In this document: one piece after another, positions 25,293 through 32,000 of the stretch
Layout of the letters: each line of letters opens with the position of its first letter
Numbering within the stretch: the stretch's first letter is position 1
Made by a program: the position numbers and the translations under genes
Assembly (NCBI RefSeq): GCF_000011805.1
Contig: NC_006840.2
Strand: one strand, 5' to 3'
Source: Aliivibrio fischeri ES114
Lineage (GTDB): Bacteria > Pseudomonadota > Gammaproteobacteria > Enterobacterales > Vibrionaceae
DNA length: 32,000 bases
The notes under the pieces: model-generated
Told to the model about the DNA's origin: nothing
The model's input: only the letters and a program-made list of their open reading frames with translations
Database searches by the model: none

Positions 25293-27545
25293 TCAAAGCC
25301 CTTTTCTCGTAAACCACGGTGAACGCTCATCCGTCAATTCATACAAATCATGCTGCTTATTCAACATTTGACCGCCATCGCGAGTCAGAGGTTGCCAGTT
25401 AAAGTTTGCACGGTTCTTACTTGGTTTCACCGTCATAATGTCGAAAGGAATCGAGATATAGAATCCTTTGGTGTAGCTGCCTTCACCAAACTCTTCAGCA
25501 GATAAATCCGTAAAGCTTGCGTAAGCACCAGCAATCACACCTGAATCGAATTGTTTCGAGAAATCAATGCGAGTTCCTTTATCGCCAGCTAAGAACTGAC
25601 CAACACCCACTTTAAGTAAGGTGTTCTTCAAGAAAGACCATTGAGGGGCATAATAAGCGGTCGCAAACCCAGTCACTCCGCTAGAAACTACGGTATAGTC
25701 ACGTCCATAATCACCGCCTTCTTGATGATCTTGTTCGTAGAACCCAAACCAATCACCAGGTGTACGTTGTTTAATATACGTCGCATCAATACCAAATGCC
25801 CAATTCGAGTTTAATGGGCGGTACATCACTTCTGAACCAATACCACCAAACATACTTTCTAGATAGCCAGCGTACATTTGGCTATAAAAACCAGCGCCAT
25901 ATTCTTCAAACCAGGTTAATTGTAGGTTATTCATACGAACTGGGTTTTCATGAACATAAGCACGGAACATAGTGCGAACACGAGGAACCGACGTACCATC
26001 TGGAGGCGTGATGTAATTAAACTTATCGTAGTTATCAAACAGATTAAAATACAAACTGCCCGAAGCCTGAACCTTGTCAGTTAACCACACCGAACCTGCG
26101 GTATTAATACCAACCGCATAAAGATAAAAGCTTTCAGCACTACCAATAGATTGAGATAAAGTAGGAGAAACAGAGTAATCCCAGCGATCTAAATTATCAC
26201 TTTTAAGCGAATGTTCTGATGGCGAATAAGTCACTTCATCAGTTTGACTTGCATCAGCTACCTTGGCATCAAAATATTCATTATTAGCCACCTTTTTATA
26301 TTGAGCCGCATCAATCAGCGTTTCAGAAACAGGCATAGATTGATTGGTTTCAATAATTCGGTACGTAGAAATTGTCTCAGGTACATGATTTGCAAAAATA
26401 CGTGAAGCACGATCATGCGCCTCATCGCTATCACGATATTTCGTTTGGGTCGCAACAAGAGTGACAGAATCATCGTCGGCATAAATTCGGTTGTCTTCAT
26501 AACCGGCGTTGCCATTCAGTTGTTGGTTAACTCGTTGCCAATCCACTTCATCAATTGATTGATTGCTTGATTCGTCATAAGCCGTAATAGGCTCATCACG
26601 CCAAATCGCTTTCATATCATTAAAATTAGTAGTTAGGTTCACACCAAGGGTTAAGGTATCACCACGTTGGTAACTGACTTTAATATCGCCCCAATCTCCT
26701 AGGCCATACAGCACACCAAAGTTCCAAGGGGTGTGTTGTGTCATATCCACATTACCACGAGTTACAGGGAAGTCTTGGCTATAATCGTTACTGTCGTATT
26801 CTACTTTTAAACGAAGTGGCTGATAAGGCGTTTGGTACTCGATACCACCATAAATGGCTGCTGGGCCTTTAAACCAACGTTCAAAATCAACACTGCCACC
26901 TTTGCCTTTGTAATCACCTTGGCGAGAGCAGAATTTGTCCGAAGCTTTGCAAAAAGGGTTAGTAATATTGCCACTTTGTCCTAAGTAACCCCAACCCATA
27001 CCAAGGGTAACATCAAGATTACCAAAGCGTTTGGTTGCTGCTACAAACTCGCCATCAAACAACCCAGTACCACCAAAATCACGAACCCCAACAGAGGTCT
27101 CCGGCAACCATTTACTCTCTTCAAGTAAACGAATCTTAAAATCGATGCCTTTATCCGTGTATTTTGTTCTGCCACTAAAACTTTCATCGCTGCTATAAAG
27201 TAAATCTTGAACCAAGGTATAGCGGATAGTGGTTTCTAACCATGGCATGACTTGCAAAGAAACGTTGTAGTGGTGGTATTCATTATTAATGCTTGCACCA
27301 ATATTAAATTCCCCTTCAGGAGCCATACGACCAGAAGGCATTTGCATTAGGCCAACACCACCAAAATCCGTTTGAGATGGGGTTAACACTACTGGGTCAA
27401 AAACTGTATTACTGACTTTATTTACAGCCGACTGATCTTCAATAGATTGGTTTGCAACAGAATGATCTGTAGCAAAGGTTGAATAAGGCAAAGCAGAAGC
27501 AATAACCCCCGCAATAAGAGATAAAGAAAACTTTGGAGTCATCAT
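25293..27545 (-). CDS. yjbH: YjbH/GfcD-family outer-membrane exopolysaccharide biosynthesis protein
   Basis: Signal peptide, then SQTDFGGVGLMQMPSGRMAPEGEF...LQVMPWLETTIRYT...VGVRDFGGTGLFDGEF...LGMGWGYLG and a C-terminal PLTRDGGQ. This tracks E. coli YjbH closely as recalled. Confidence 0.9.
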   Translation of the reverse strand: MMTPKFSLSLIAGVIASALPYSTFATDHSVANQSIEDQSAVNKVSNTVFDPVVLTPSQTDFGGVGLMQMPSGRMAPEGEFNIGASINNEYHHYNVSLQVMPWLETTIRYTLVQDLLYSSDESFSGRTKYTDKGIDFKIRLLEESKWLPETSVGVRDFGGTGLFDGEFVAATKRFGNLDVTLGMGWGYLGQSGNITNPFCKASDKFCSRQGDYKGKGGSVDFERWFKGPAAIYGGIEYQTPYQPLRLKVEYDSNDYSQDFPVTRGNVDMTQHTPWNFGVLYGLGDWGDIKVSYQRGDTLTLGVNLTTNFNDMKAIWRDEPITAYDESSNQSIDEVDWQRVNQQLNGNAGYEDNRIYADDDSVTLVATQTKYRDSDEAHDRASRIFANHVPETISTYRIIETNQSMPVSETLIDAAQYKKVANNEYFDAKVADASQTDEVTYSPSEHSLKSDNLDRWDYSVSPTLSQSIGSAESFYLYAVGINTAGSVWLTDKVQASGSLYFNLFDNYDKFNYITPPDGTSVPRVRTMFRAYVHENPVRMNNLQLTWFEEYGAGFYSQMYAGYLESMFGGIGSEVMYRPLNSNWAFGIDATYIKQRTPGDWFGFYEQDHQEGGDYGRDYTVVSSGVTGFATAYYAPQWSFLKNTLLKVGVGQFLAGDKGTRIDFSKQFDSGVIAGAYASFTDLSAEEFGEGSYTKGFYISIPFDIMTVKPSKNRANFNWQPLTRDGGQMLNKQHDLYELTDERSPWFTRKGL

Positions 27546-27548
27546 AAA

Positions 27549-28310
27549 TTACAGCGCCTTATTACGAAGCAGTTGAACAATAGAGGTGTTTAAAGATGAA
27601 AAATCACTTGGTAATCCGCCAAGAGGGATATACACCGATGCCCCCGGAGCTAAATAAGCGGGTTTGTTTTGCCATACTGAAAACTCAGTGGTTTGAACTA
27701 CACCATCAGGCTGAATGACATAAATCGTAGAGGTATCAGCAGTAGAAGAAAGAGGGAGTGAATCTAAATAGTCATCAATGCTTGCGTGCTCAATAAAAGG
27801 AACTGAAATGCTGCTTTCAGAATCAATCGCACCAAAAAAAGAAACAGAGGTAGGGCGAGGGTGCACAAAAAGCTGATAATCAGCATTAAGTATAGGGTTC
27901 AGTTTTTCGTTAATTCGGATTAAATCGAGATCAAGTGACGAAAAAATACGACCCACAAAAGTGTGATGCTCTAACTGTGAAATGATCTGCGTCGCAGAAC
28001 GCTTAAATTCATTGTTTGCAGAAAAAAGTGATGTCTCTCGAGAAAGTGAAGATAGCTGCTCAATTGAGTTATTTCGAAGATTATCGATGTCTTTTTGTAA
28101 CTGATTGTCACTTAACGCTGCCCCAAGAGAATAAAAATTCACTTGAGCATTTGCATCTAAAATGACTTGCTCAAGTCTTACTGGTTGCGAGTAATTCAGC
28201 ACCAAATTTTGATTAGGTAACGTGACCGATACCGCTTGTGTCGAGCTAGCATAAGTAACTGTTGATGCAGACAAAAGCAAAGAAAAAACGAATGAAGAAA
28301 GAAAATGCAT
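27549..28310 (-). CDS. yjbG: YjbG/GfcC-family periplasmic capsule-assembly protein
   Basis: 253 aa with a signal peptide (ASTVTYA). Size and position between yjbF and yjbH match the yjbEFGH operon. Confidence 0.7.
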   Translation of the reverse strand: MHFLSSFVFSLLLSASTVTYASSTQAVSVTLPNQNLVLNYSQPVRLEQVILDANAQVNFYSLGAALSDNQLQKDIDNLRNNSIEQLSSLSRETSLFSANNEFKRSATQIISQLEHHTFVGRIFSSLDLDLIRINEKLNPILNADYQLFVHPRPTSVSFFGAIDSESSISVPFIEHASIDDYLDSLPLSSTADTSTIYVIQPDGVVQTTEFSVWQNKPAYLAPGASVYIPLGGLPSDFSSLNTSIVQLLRNKAL

Positions 28311-28352
28311 GACGGTTCCTTTAAATACTAATTAATTGGGTTATTAACGAGC

Positions 28353-29027
28353 TTACAAAGCAAAAGGCTTCAGTATCGTCATTTCAATATCACCAATATC
28401 AGGACCTAAATATTGATGGGTTTTTACTACATTAAATTGCTCATCTAACCAGTATTGGTTTGTAAAAGAATAATCAAGAGAAGGGATGGATATTACCTCA
28501 ACAACTTCTGTTACATCTTTGTTCCAAATTGTTGTTTCTATAGTGGATTTTTCTCTTAATACCGGGGTGATATTTGCTTTATAGTTAAATAAATAATGAT
28601 CATTTAACATCCAATCATAGTGTGCAGACCAAGTGGTTTGATTTTTTGAAATAGACGCTAAAGAAGGCAAAGAGGAAGAAGAAACGGGAGTGATATTTGA
28701 TAGGTTCGCTTCAGCCAATCCCAATGTTTTAACAATGCGTCCCCCCTCAGTCACTATCATCGCTTTATCAGAAGAAAGCCATTTTAATTGCATCGCCCCA
28801 GTCGCAGGGTTCTTCTCTGCAAAAGCCAACACCATAAACAGGTTAGCTCCACCATTAATGCGAACAAAGCTGCTGGCATAAGGCAATTCGATAATCTGCT
28901 GCTTTGATAAAACCACGTCATCGGCACCAAAAAACGCTTCATCTAACGTTGCATTTACGTCATTAAATTTTGGAGTACAGGCAGAAAGCAGAAAGATAGA
29001 GAGAAAAGTAACAAGGGATTTAAACAC
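28353..29027 (-). CDS. yjbF: YjbF/GfcB-family lipoprotein
   Basis: 224 aa with lipobox FLLSAC. Size and order fit YjbF. Confidence 0.72.
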   Translation of the reverse strand: MFKSLVTFLSIFLLSACTPKFNDVNATLDEAFFGADDVVLSKQQIIELPYASSFVRINGGANLFMVLAFAEKNPATGAMQLKWLSSDKAMIVTEGGRIVKTLGLAEANLSNITPVSSSSLPSLASISKNQTTWSAHYDWMLNDHYLFNYKANITPVLREKSTIETTIWNKDVTEVVEVISIPSLDYSFTNQYWLDEQFNVVKTHQYLGPDIGDIEMTILKPFAL

Positions 29028-29063
29028 AATAAACTCTTTATTTATAAATAGTTAGGTTGGTTT

Positions 29064-29136
29064 AGAGGGCGAGATATAAGTAAAAAGGGACGAAAGTGAG
29101 AGCCTAGAATTTAGTTCCTCATCCCTCGTCCCCTGT
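29064..29136. repeat. Family-2-related hairpin in the yjbE-yjbF spacer
   Basis: AGAGGGCGAGATATAAG (29064-29080) resembles AAGGGACGAGTATAAGC at 31549. GGGACGAAAGTGAG (29088-29101) pairs imperfectly with CTCATCCCTCGTCCC (29119-29133). Confidence 0.7.
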
Positions 29137-29150
29137 ATCTGAAACTAAAA

Positions 29151-29399
29151 TTACTTAGTAGTTACAGATGTTGTTGTTGCGTCTGAGCCTGAATCAGCAA
29201 CAGCTACAACAGCAACAGCAGCAGCAACACCTACAGCGATAGCCGTAGTTGAAGCAGCGCCAGCTGCAGCTGCAGAAGCACCAGCAGTACCAGCAGCAGA
29301 GCCAGAAGTTGAAGCAGCAGTCGTTGTTGTTGCTTCAGCAGCAGCAAATGCAGATCCAGCCGTCATCGCTAACATAAGAGCAATAGCAGTCTTTTTCAT
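29151..29399 (-). CDS. yjbE: YjbE/GfcA-like small secreted Ala/Thr/Gly/Ser-rich protein
   Basis: 82 aa. A signal peptide MKKTAIALMLAMTAGSAFA is followed by a low-complexity A/T/S/G sequence. It is the first gene of the yjbEFGH-type operon, and E. coli YjbE has a similar size and composition. Confidence 0.72.
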   Translation of the reverse strand: MKKTAIALMLAMTAGSAFAAAEATTTTAASTSGSAAGTAGASAAAAGAASTTAIAVGVAAAVAVVAVADSGSDATTTSVTTK

Positions 29400-29801
29400 A
29401 AGTTACCTTACAATTTTTACATATATTGGTGAATATTTACTCACTTATTGAGCAAACATCGTGCACGGTATCATATGAAGTTCCATATGGTAAACATAAA
29501 AATCATTCTATAGATGATTAATGAATGATCATAAATTTAATAAATCTCACAAATGAAGCATATTTTGTTGCTATTGATAGAATTATCTATTGCATTTTTT
29601 TGTAGCGTATGGTTATCGAGTGTGTATAATGCCGCCACAATAAATGAATATTAATTCAATAAAGAAATTAGTGAACAGATTGGTGTTTTTGTTGTGGGTT
29701 TAATGACTCATTCATCAGTATTTTGCTCTTCTATTAATATCATTATCAATAACTGGTTAATCGTTCAATTTTGATGGTTTTCCATTAACAAATAATATTG
29801 C

Positions 29802-29843
29802 GCAGAGTGGGAACGTGCTTAACAACCTCTGGGCGGTAGCATG
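29802..29843 (+). promoter_or_regulatory. JUMPStart-like sequence with an ops element (RfaH recruitment site) in the wza leader
   Basis: GGCGGTAGCATG at 29832-29843 fits the ops consensus GGCGGTAGnnTG exactly. The preceding GCAGAGTGGGAACGTGCTTAACAACCTCTG resembles the JUMPStart upstream half. It lies ~30 nt before the wza start. Confidence 0.8.
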
Positions 29844-29872
29844 CCTGAATTTTGTCATCTTAAGTTGAAATT

Positions 29873-31024
29873 ATGTTTATGAGTAAAACACATCGTTCTT
29901 TGGCTTCTGCTCTACTTTTGGTTATGTTGAGTGGTTGTACTGTTTTCCCTGGTTCGCACATCTCGACATCAGATAAAAACAAAGTGGAAGAAGAACAGAG
30001 TGAAGACAATCAAAATGCTTACTCTTCAGACATTAATGTGTATGAGCTAACGCCACAAAAAGTAGCGGATTACCAAGTTAAGCAAGCATCAGCTCAAGCA
30101 AATTTAGAACTTGAAGAGCAAGTGGCAAGTTACGAATACCGTGTTGGTCCTGGTGATATTTTAAACGTCACCATTTGGGACCACCCTGAGTTAACCATTC
30201 CTGCTGGTTCATACCGTAGCTCAAGTGAATCAGGTAACTGGGTTCATGCCGATGGCACCATCTTTTACCCTTACATCGGTACGGTAGAAGTGGAAGGCAA
30301 AACCGTTCGTGAAATCAGAACGGAAATTGCTCAAAAATTAAGAAAGTTTATTGAAAGCCCACAAGTGGACGTTAACGTAGCGGCGTTTCGTTCTAAAAAA
30401 GCTTACGTAACCGGTGAAGTAGATAAACCAGGTCAACAAGCCATTACCAATATTCCATTAACGCTACTTGATGCGGTTAACCGCTCGGGTGGGTTAGGTG
30501 AAGATGCAGATTGGCGAAACGTGACATTAACTCGCAATGGCAAAGAAGAAACCTTATCTCTTTATGCTCTAATGCAGCGTGGTGATTTAACTCAAAACCG
30601 TTTATTGCAATCTGGCGATATTATTCATGTTCCTCGTAACGACACTCAAAAAGTATTTGTCATGGGTGAAGTGAAAGACCCGAAACTACTTAAAATGGAC
30701 CGTTCAGGCATGAGCCTAACCGAAGCGCTAAGCAGTGTTGGTGGCATTAATGAATTATCAGCCGATGCCACAGGGGTTTTTGTTATTCGTTCATCAAGCC
30801 CAGATAAAAAACAAGAAAGCATGGCGGATATTTATCAGTTAAATATTAAAGATGCTTCTGCACTTATTATTGGTACTGAGTTTGATTTAAAACCTTACGA
30901 TATCGTTTATGTTACTGCTGCACCAATTACTCGTTGGAACCGTTTGATCATGCAACTTATGCCAACCATTACAGGCTTTAATGAGTTGACGGAAGGGGCG
31001 TTACGAGTGAAGAACTGGCCTTAA
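29873..31024 (+). CDS. wza: Polysaccharide export outer-membrane lipoprotein Wza (OPX family)
   Basis: Lipobox LSGC and the polysaccharide-export motif [23 protein letters not shown]-type repeats ([15 protein letters not shown]) are present, and the ~380-aa size fits. The start may be ATG 29879. Confidence 0.92.
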   Translation: MFMSKTHRSLASALLLVMLSGCTVFPGSHISTSDKNKVEEEQSEDNQNAYSSDINVYELTPQKVADYQVKQASAQANLELEEQVASYEYRVGPGDILNVTIWDHPELTIPAGSYRSSSESGNWVHADGTIFYPYIGTVEVEGKTVREIRTEIAQKLRKFIESPQVDVNVAAFRSKKAYVTGEVDKPGQQAITNIPLTLLDAVNRSGGLGEDADWRNVTLTRNGKEETLSLYALMQRGDLTQNRLLQSGDIIHVPRNDTQKVFVMGEVKDPKLLKMDRSGMSLTEALSSVGGINELSADATGVFVIRSSSPDKKQESMADIYQLNIKDASALIIGTEFDLKPYDIVYVTAAPITRWNRLIMQLMPTITGFNELTEGALRVKNWP

Positions 31025-31032
31025 ATGGTTAA

Positions 31033-31064
31033 AGGGACTAGGAAGAGCAGGGACTAGGGACTGG
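31033..31064 (-). repeat. Family-2 repeat copy immediately 3' of wza
   Basis: AGGGACTAGGAAGAGCAGGGACTAGGGACTGG. Positions 31043-31062 are the exact reverse complement of 25249-25268 (20/20). Confidence 0.9.
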
Positions 31065-31184
31065 TAAAAGCAAAAGCTATAAGAATAATAATAGATTTAA
31101 ATAATTAAGGCTTAAAAAAACAGACCTTAATTAACAATAAAATAATAAGAAACAAAAAAGCACAATAATCACGGATGATTAGGT

Positions 31185-31535
31185 ATGCGATTTAAAGAAC
31201 TGGATGTATGGAAGAGAAGTTTTAAAGTATCGGTTTATATTTGTAAATCAATGAGATCTTGTAAAGATCTTGGCTTTAAAGACCAAATCTGTCGCTCATC
31301 AGTTTCTGTACCATCGAATATCGCAGAAGGATCAGAAAGAGGCTCAAATAAAGATAATATTCGCTTTCTTTTCTATGCAAAAGGCTCGTGCGCAGAGTTA
31401 CTAACTCAAGTTTTACTCGCAACAGAAATTGGCTATTTAAAAAAAGATGAAGTCAGTAATCTGATTATTGAATTAGAAGAAATCAATAAAATGATTGCAG
31501 GCTACATTAGATACTTACAGAGAACTAGGGGCTAG
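31185..31535 (+). CDS. Four-helix-bundle protein (23S rRNA IVS protein / Avd-like family), second paralogue
   Basis: 116 aa. MRFKELDVWKRSFKV...LGFKDQICRSSVSVPSNIAEGSERGS..DNIRFLFYAKGSCAELLTQ aligns colinearly with the 23982-24335 product (roughly 45% identity by eye). Confidence 0.85.
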   Translation: MRFKELDVWKRSFKVSVYICKSMRSCKDLGFKDQICRSSVSVPSNIAEGSERGSNKDNIRFLFYAKGSCAELLTQVLLATEIGYLKKDEVSNLIIELEEINKMIAGYIRYLQRTRG

Positions 31536-31548
31536 TAAACGCTAGCTT

Positions 31549-31885
31549 AAAGGGACGAGTATAAGCATTTTAAGCTCTTACTCGCCCCTTAAACCTAGTC
31601 CCTCGACTCTAATCAAAACGGATAGATTGGCTACTATCACGTAAATTGCACTTCAGCACTTACTCGCCTCTAAAGTCTATCCTTTAAGATTAATATTTAA
31701 ACAAGACGGATAGATTGACTCTCCATAGCGCAAATTGCTTCTACGCTTTTGCTCTGTCTAGTCCTTAAAATCTAGTCCCTCATTTCTAATTTCAAAATTC
31801 AAATCAAGACGGATAGGTCTAAACCAGATGTAAGACATTTAAGCTCTTACTCGCCCCTAAAACCTAGTCCCTCGAAACTAATTTA
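31549..31885 (+). repeat. Family-2 degenerate tandem array (about 4 units of 83-103 bp) between the four-helix-bundle gene and wzb
   Basis: Near-identical ~46-49-nt direct repeats CATTT(T)AAGCTCTTACTCGCCCCT.AAACCTAGTCCCTCGA..CTAAT lie at 31565-31613 and 31835-31883. Two degenerate units sit between them (CACTTACTCGCCTCTAAAGTCTATCC and TCTAGTCCTTAAAATCTAGTCCCTCA). The recurring motif (A)AGACGGATAGATTG occurs at 31615-31630, 31702-31719 and 31805-31820. A hairpin at 31551-31589 follows the ORF stop. Confidence 0.85.
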
Positions 31886-31889
31886 ATCC

Positions 31890-32000
31890 ATGTTCAATAA
31901 AATCTTAGTTGTCTGTGTCGGTAATATTTGCCGTTCTCCAACAGGCGAGCATATCTTAAAACAACTTCTTCCTAACAAAACTGTGGATTCTGCTGGTGTT
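31890..32000 (+). CDS. wzb: Low-molecular-weight protein-tyrosine phosphatase Wzb, 5' part only; runs off the right edge
   Basis: Hand translation from ATG 31890 gives MFNKILVVCVGNICRSPTGEHILKQLLPNKTVDSAGV. This carries the C-X5-R(S) P-loop CVGNICRS of LMW-PTPs and lies downstream of wza. Confidence 0.88.
   Translation, partial: MFNKILVVCVGNICRSPTGEHILKQLLPNKTVDSAGV

Noticed and set aside
29644-29703. 19-codon ORF (MNINSIKKLVNRLVFLLWV) in the wza leader region as a possible leader peptide.
   Set aside because: There is no Shine-Dalgarno sequence upstream, no evident coupling to a terminator or antiterminator structure, and nothing to assess conservation against. It is too short to support.
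31536-31889. Possible CRISPR array upstream of wzb.
   Set aside because: The units are degenerate and of variable length (83-103 bp). There is no alternation of identical short repeats with unique spacers, and no cas genes in the window.

Overview
Vibrionaceae-type surface-polysaccharide super-locus. The taxon (Aliivibrio/Vibrio-like) is inferred from gene content, synteny and roughly 40% GC on hand-counted lines; no search was run. Layout: (1) 1-8.5 kb holds LPS inner-core genes: coaD (partial), GT4, a WaaE/KdtX-like GT2, a GT9 heptosyltransferase, kdkA, a YejM/PbgA-like membrane sulfatase-fold protein, waaA and waaF. (2) 8.5-17.4 kb is a nine-gene plus-strand operon for a CMP-legionaminic-acid-type nonulosonic acid (legB/C/G/I/H, ptmE/F, legF, ptmA homologues). 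(3) 17.4-20.8 kb is a markedly AT-rich (~30% GC) module with a GT4, a sialyltransferase-like GT and a WaaL-type ligase, followed by hldD (gmhD). (4) 21.8-24.4 kb has the gmhD-rjg junction containing only repeats, the beta-CASP metallo-beta-lactamase gene rjg, and a four-helix-bundle (23S-rRNA-IVS-protein/Avd-like) gene. (5) 24.4-32 kb has tetR, yjbEFGH-like genes (minus strand), an ops/JUMPStart-led wza, a second four-helix-bundle gene, a degenerate repeat array and the start of wzb. The most unusual content is non-genic. Two families of dispersed inverted-repeat elements sit at module boundaries. Family 1 (TTCAGATCGCTTCGCTTGCAG..TTCAGAGGTG arms) occurs once as a 469-bp unit whose perfect 36-bp arms enclose a four-helix-bundle ORF, which is the architecture of ORF-bearing rRNA intervening sequences but lies outside rRNA. 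It also occurs three times as ORF-less 108-180-bp miniatures. Family 2 (GGGACTAG / CTCTTACTCG[T/C]CCCT motifs) brackets the second four-helix-bundle gene, follows the yjbH and wza stops, forms an array upstream of wzb, and appears inserted in-frame inside rjg, where it encodes a Ser-rich segment. All calls rest on reading the sequence and on recalled family motifs.
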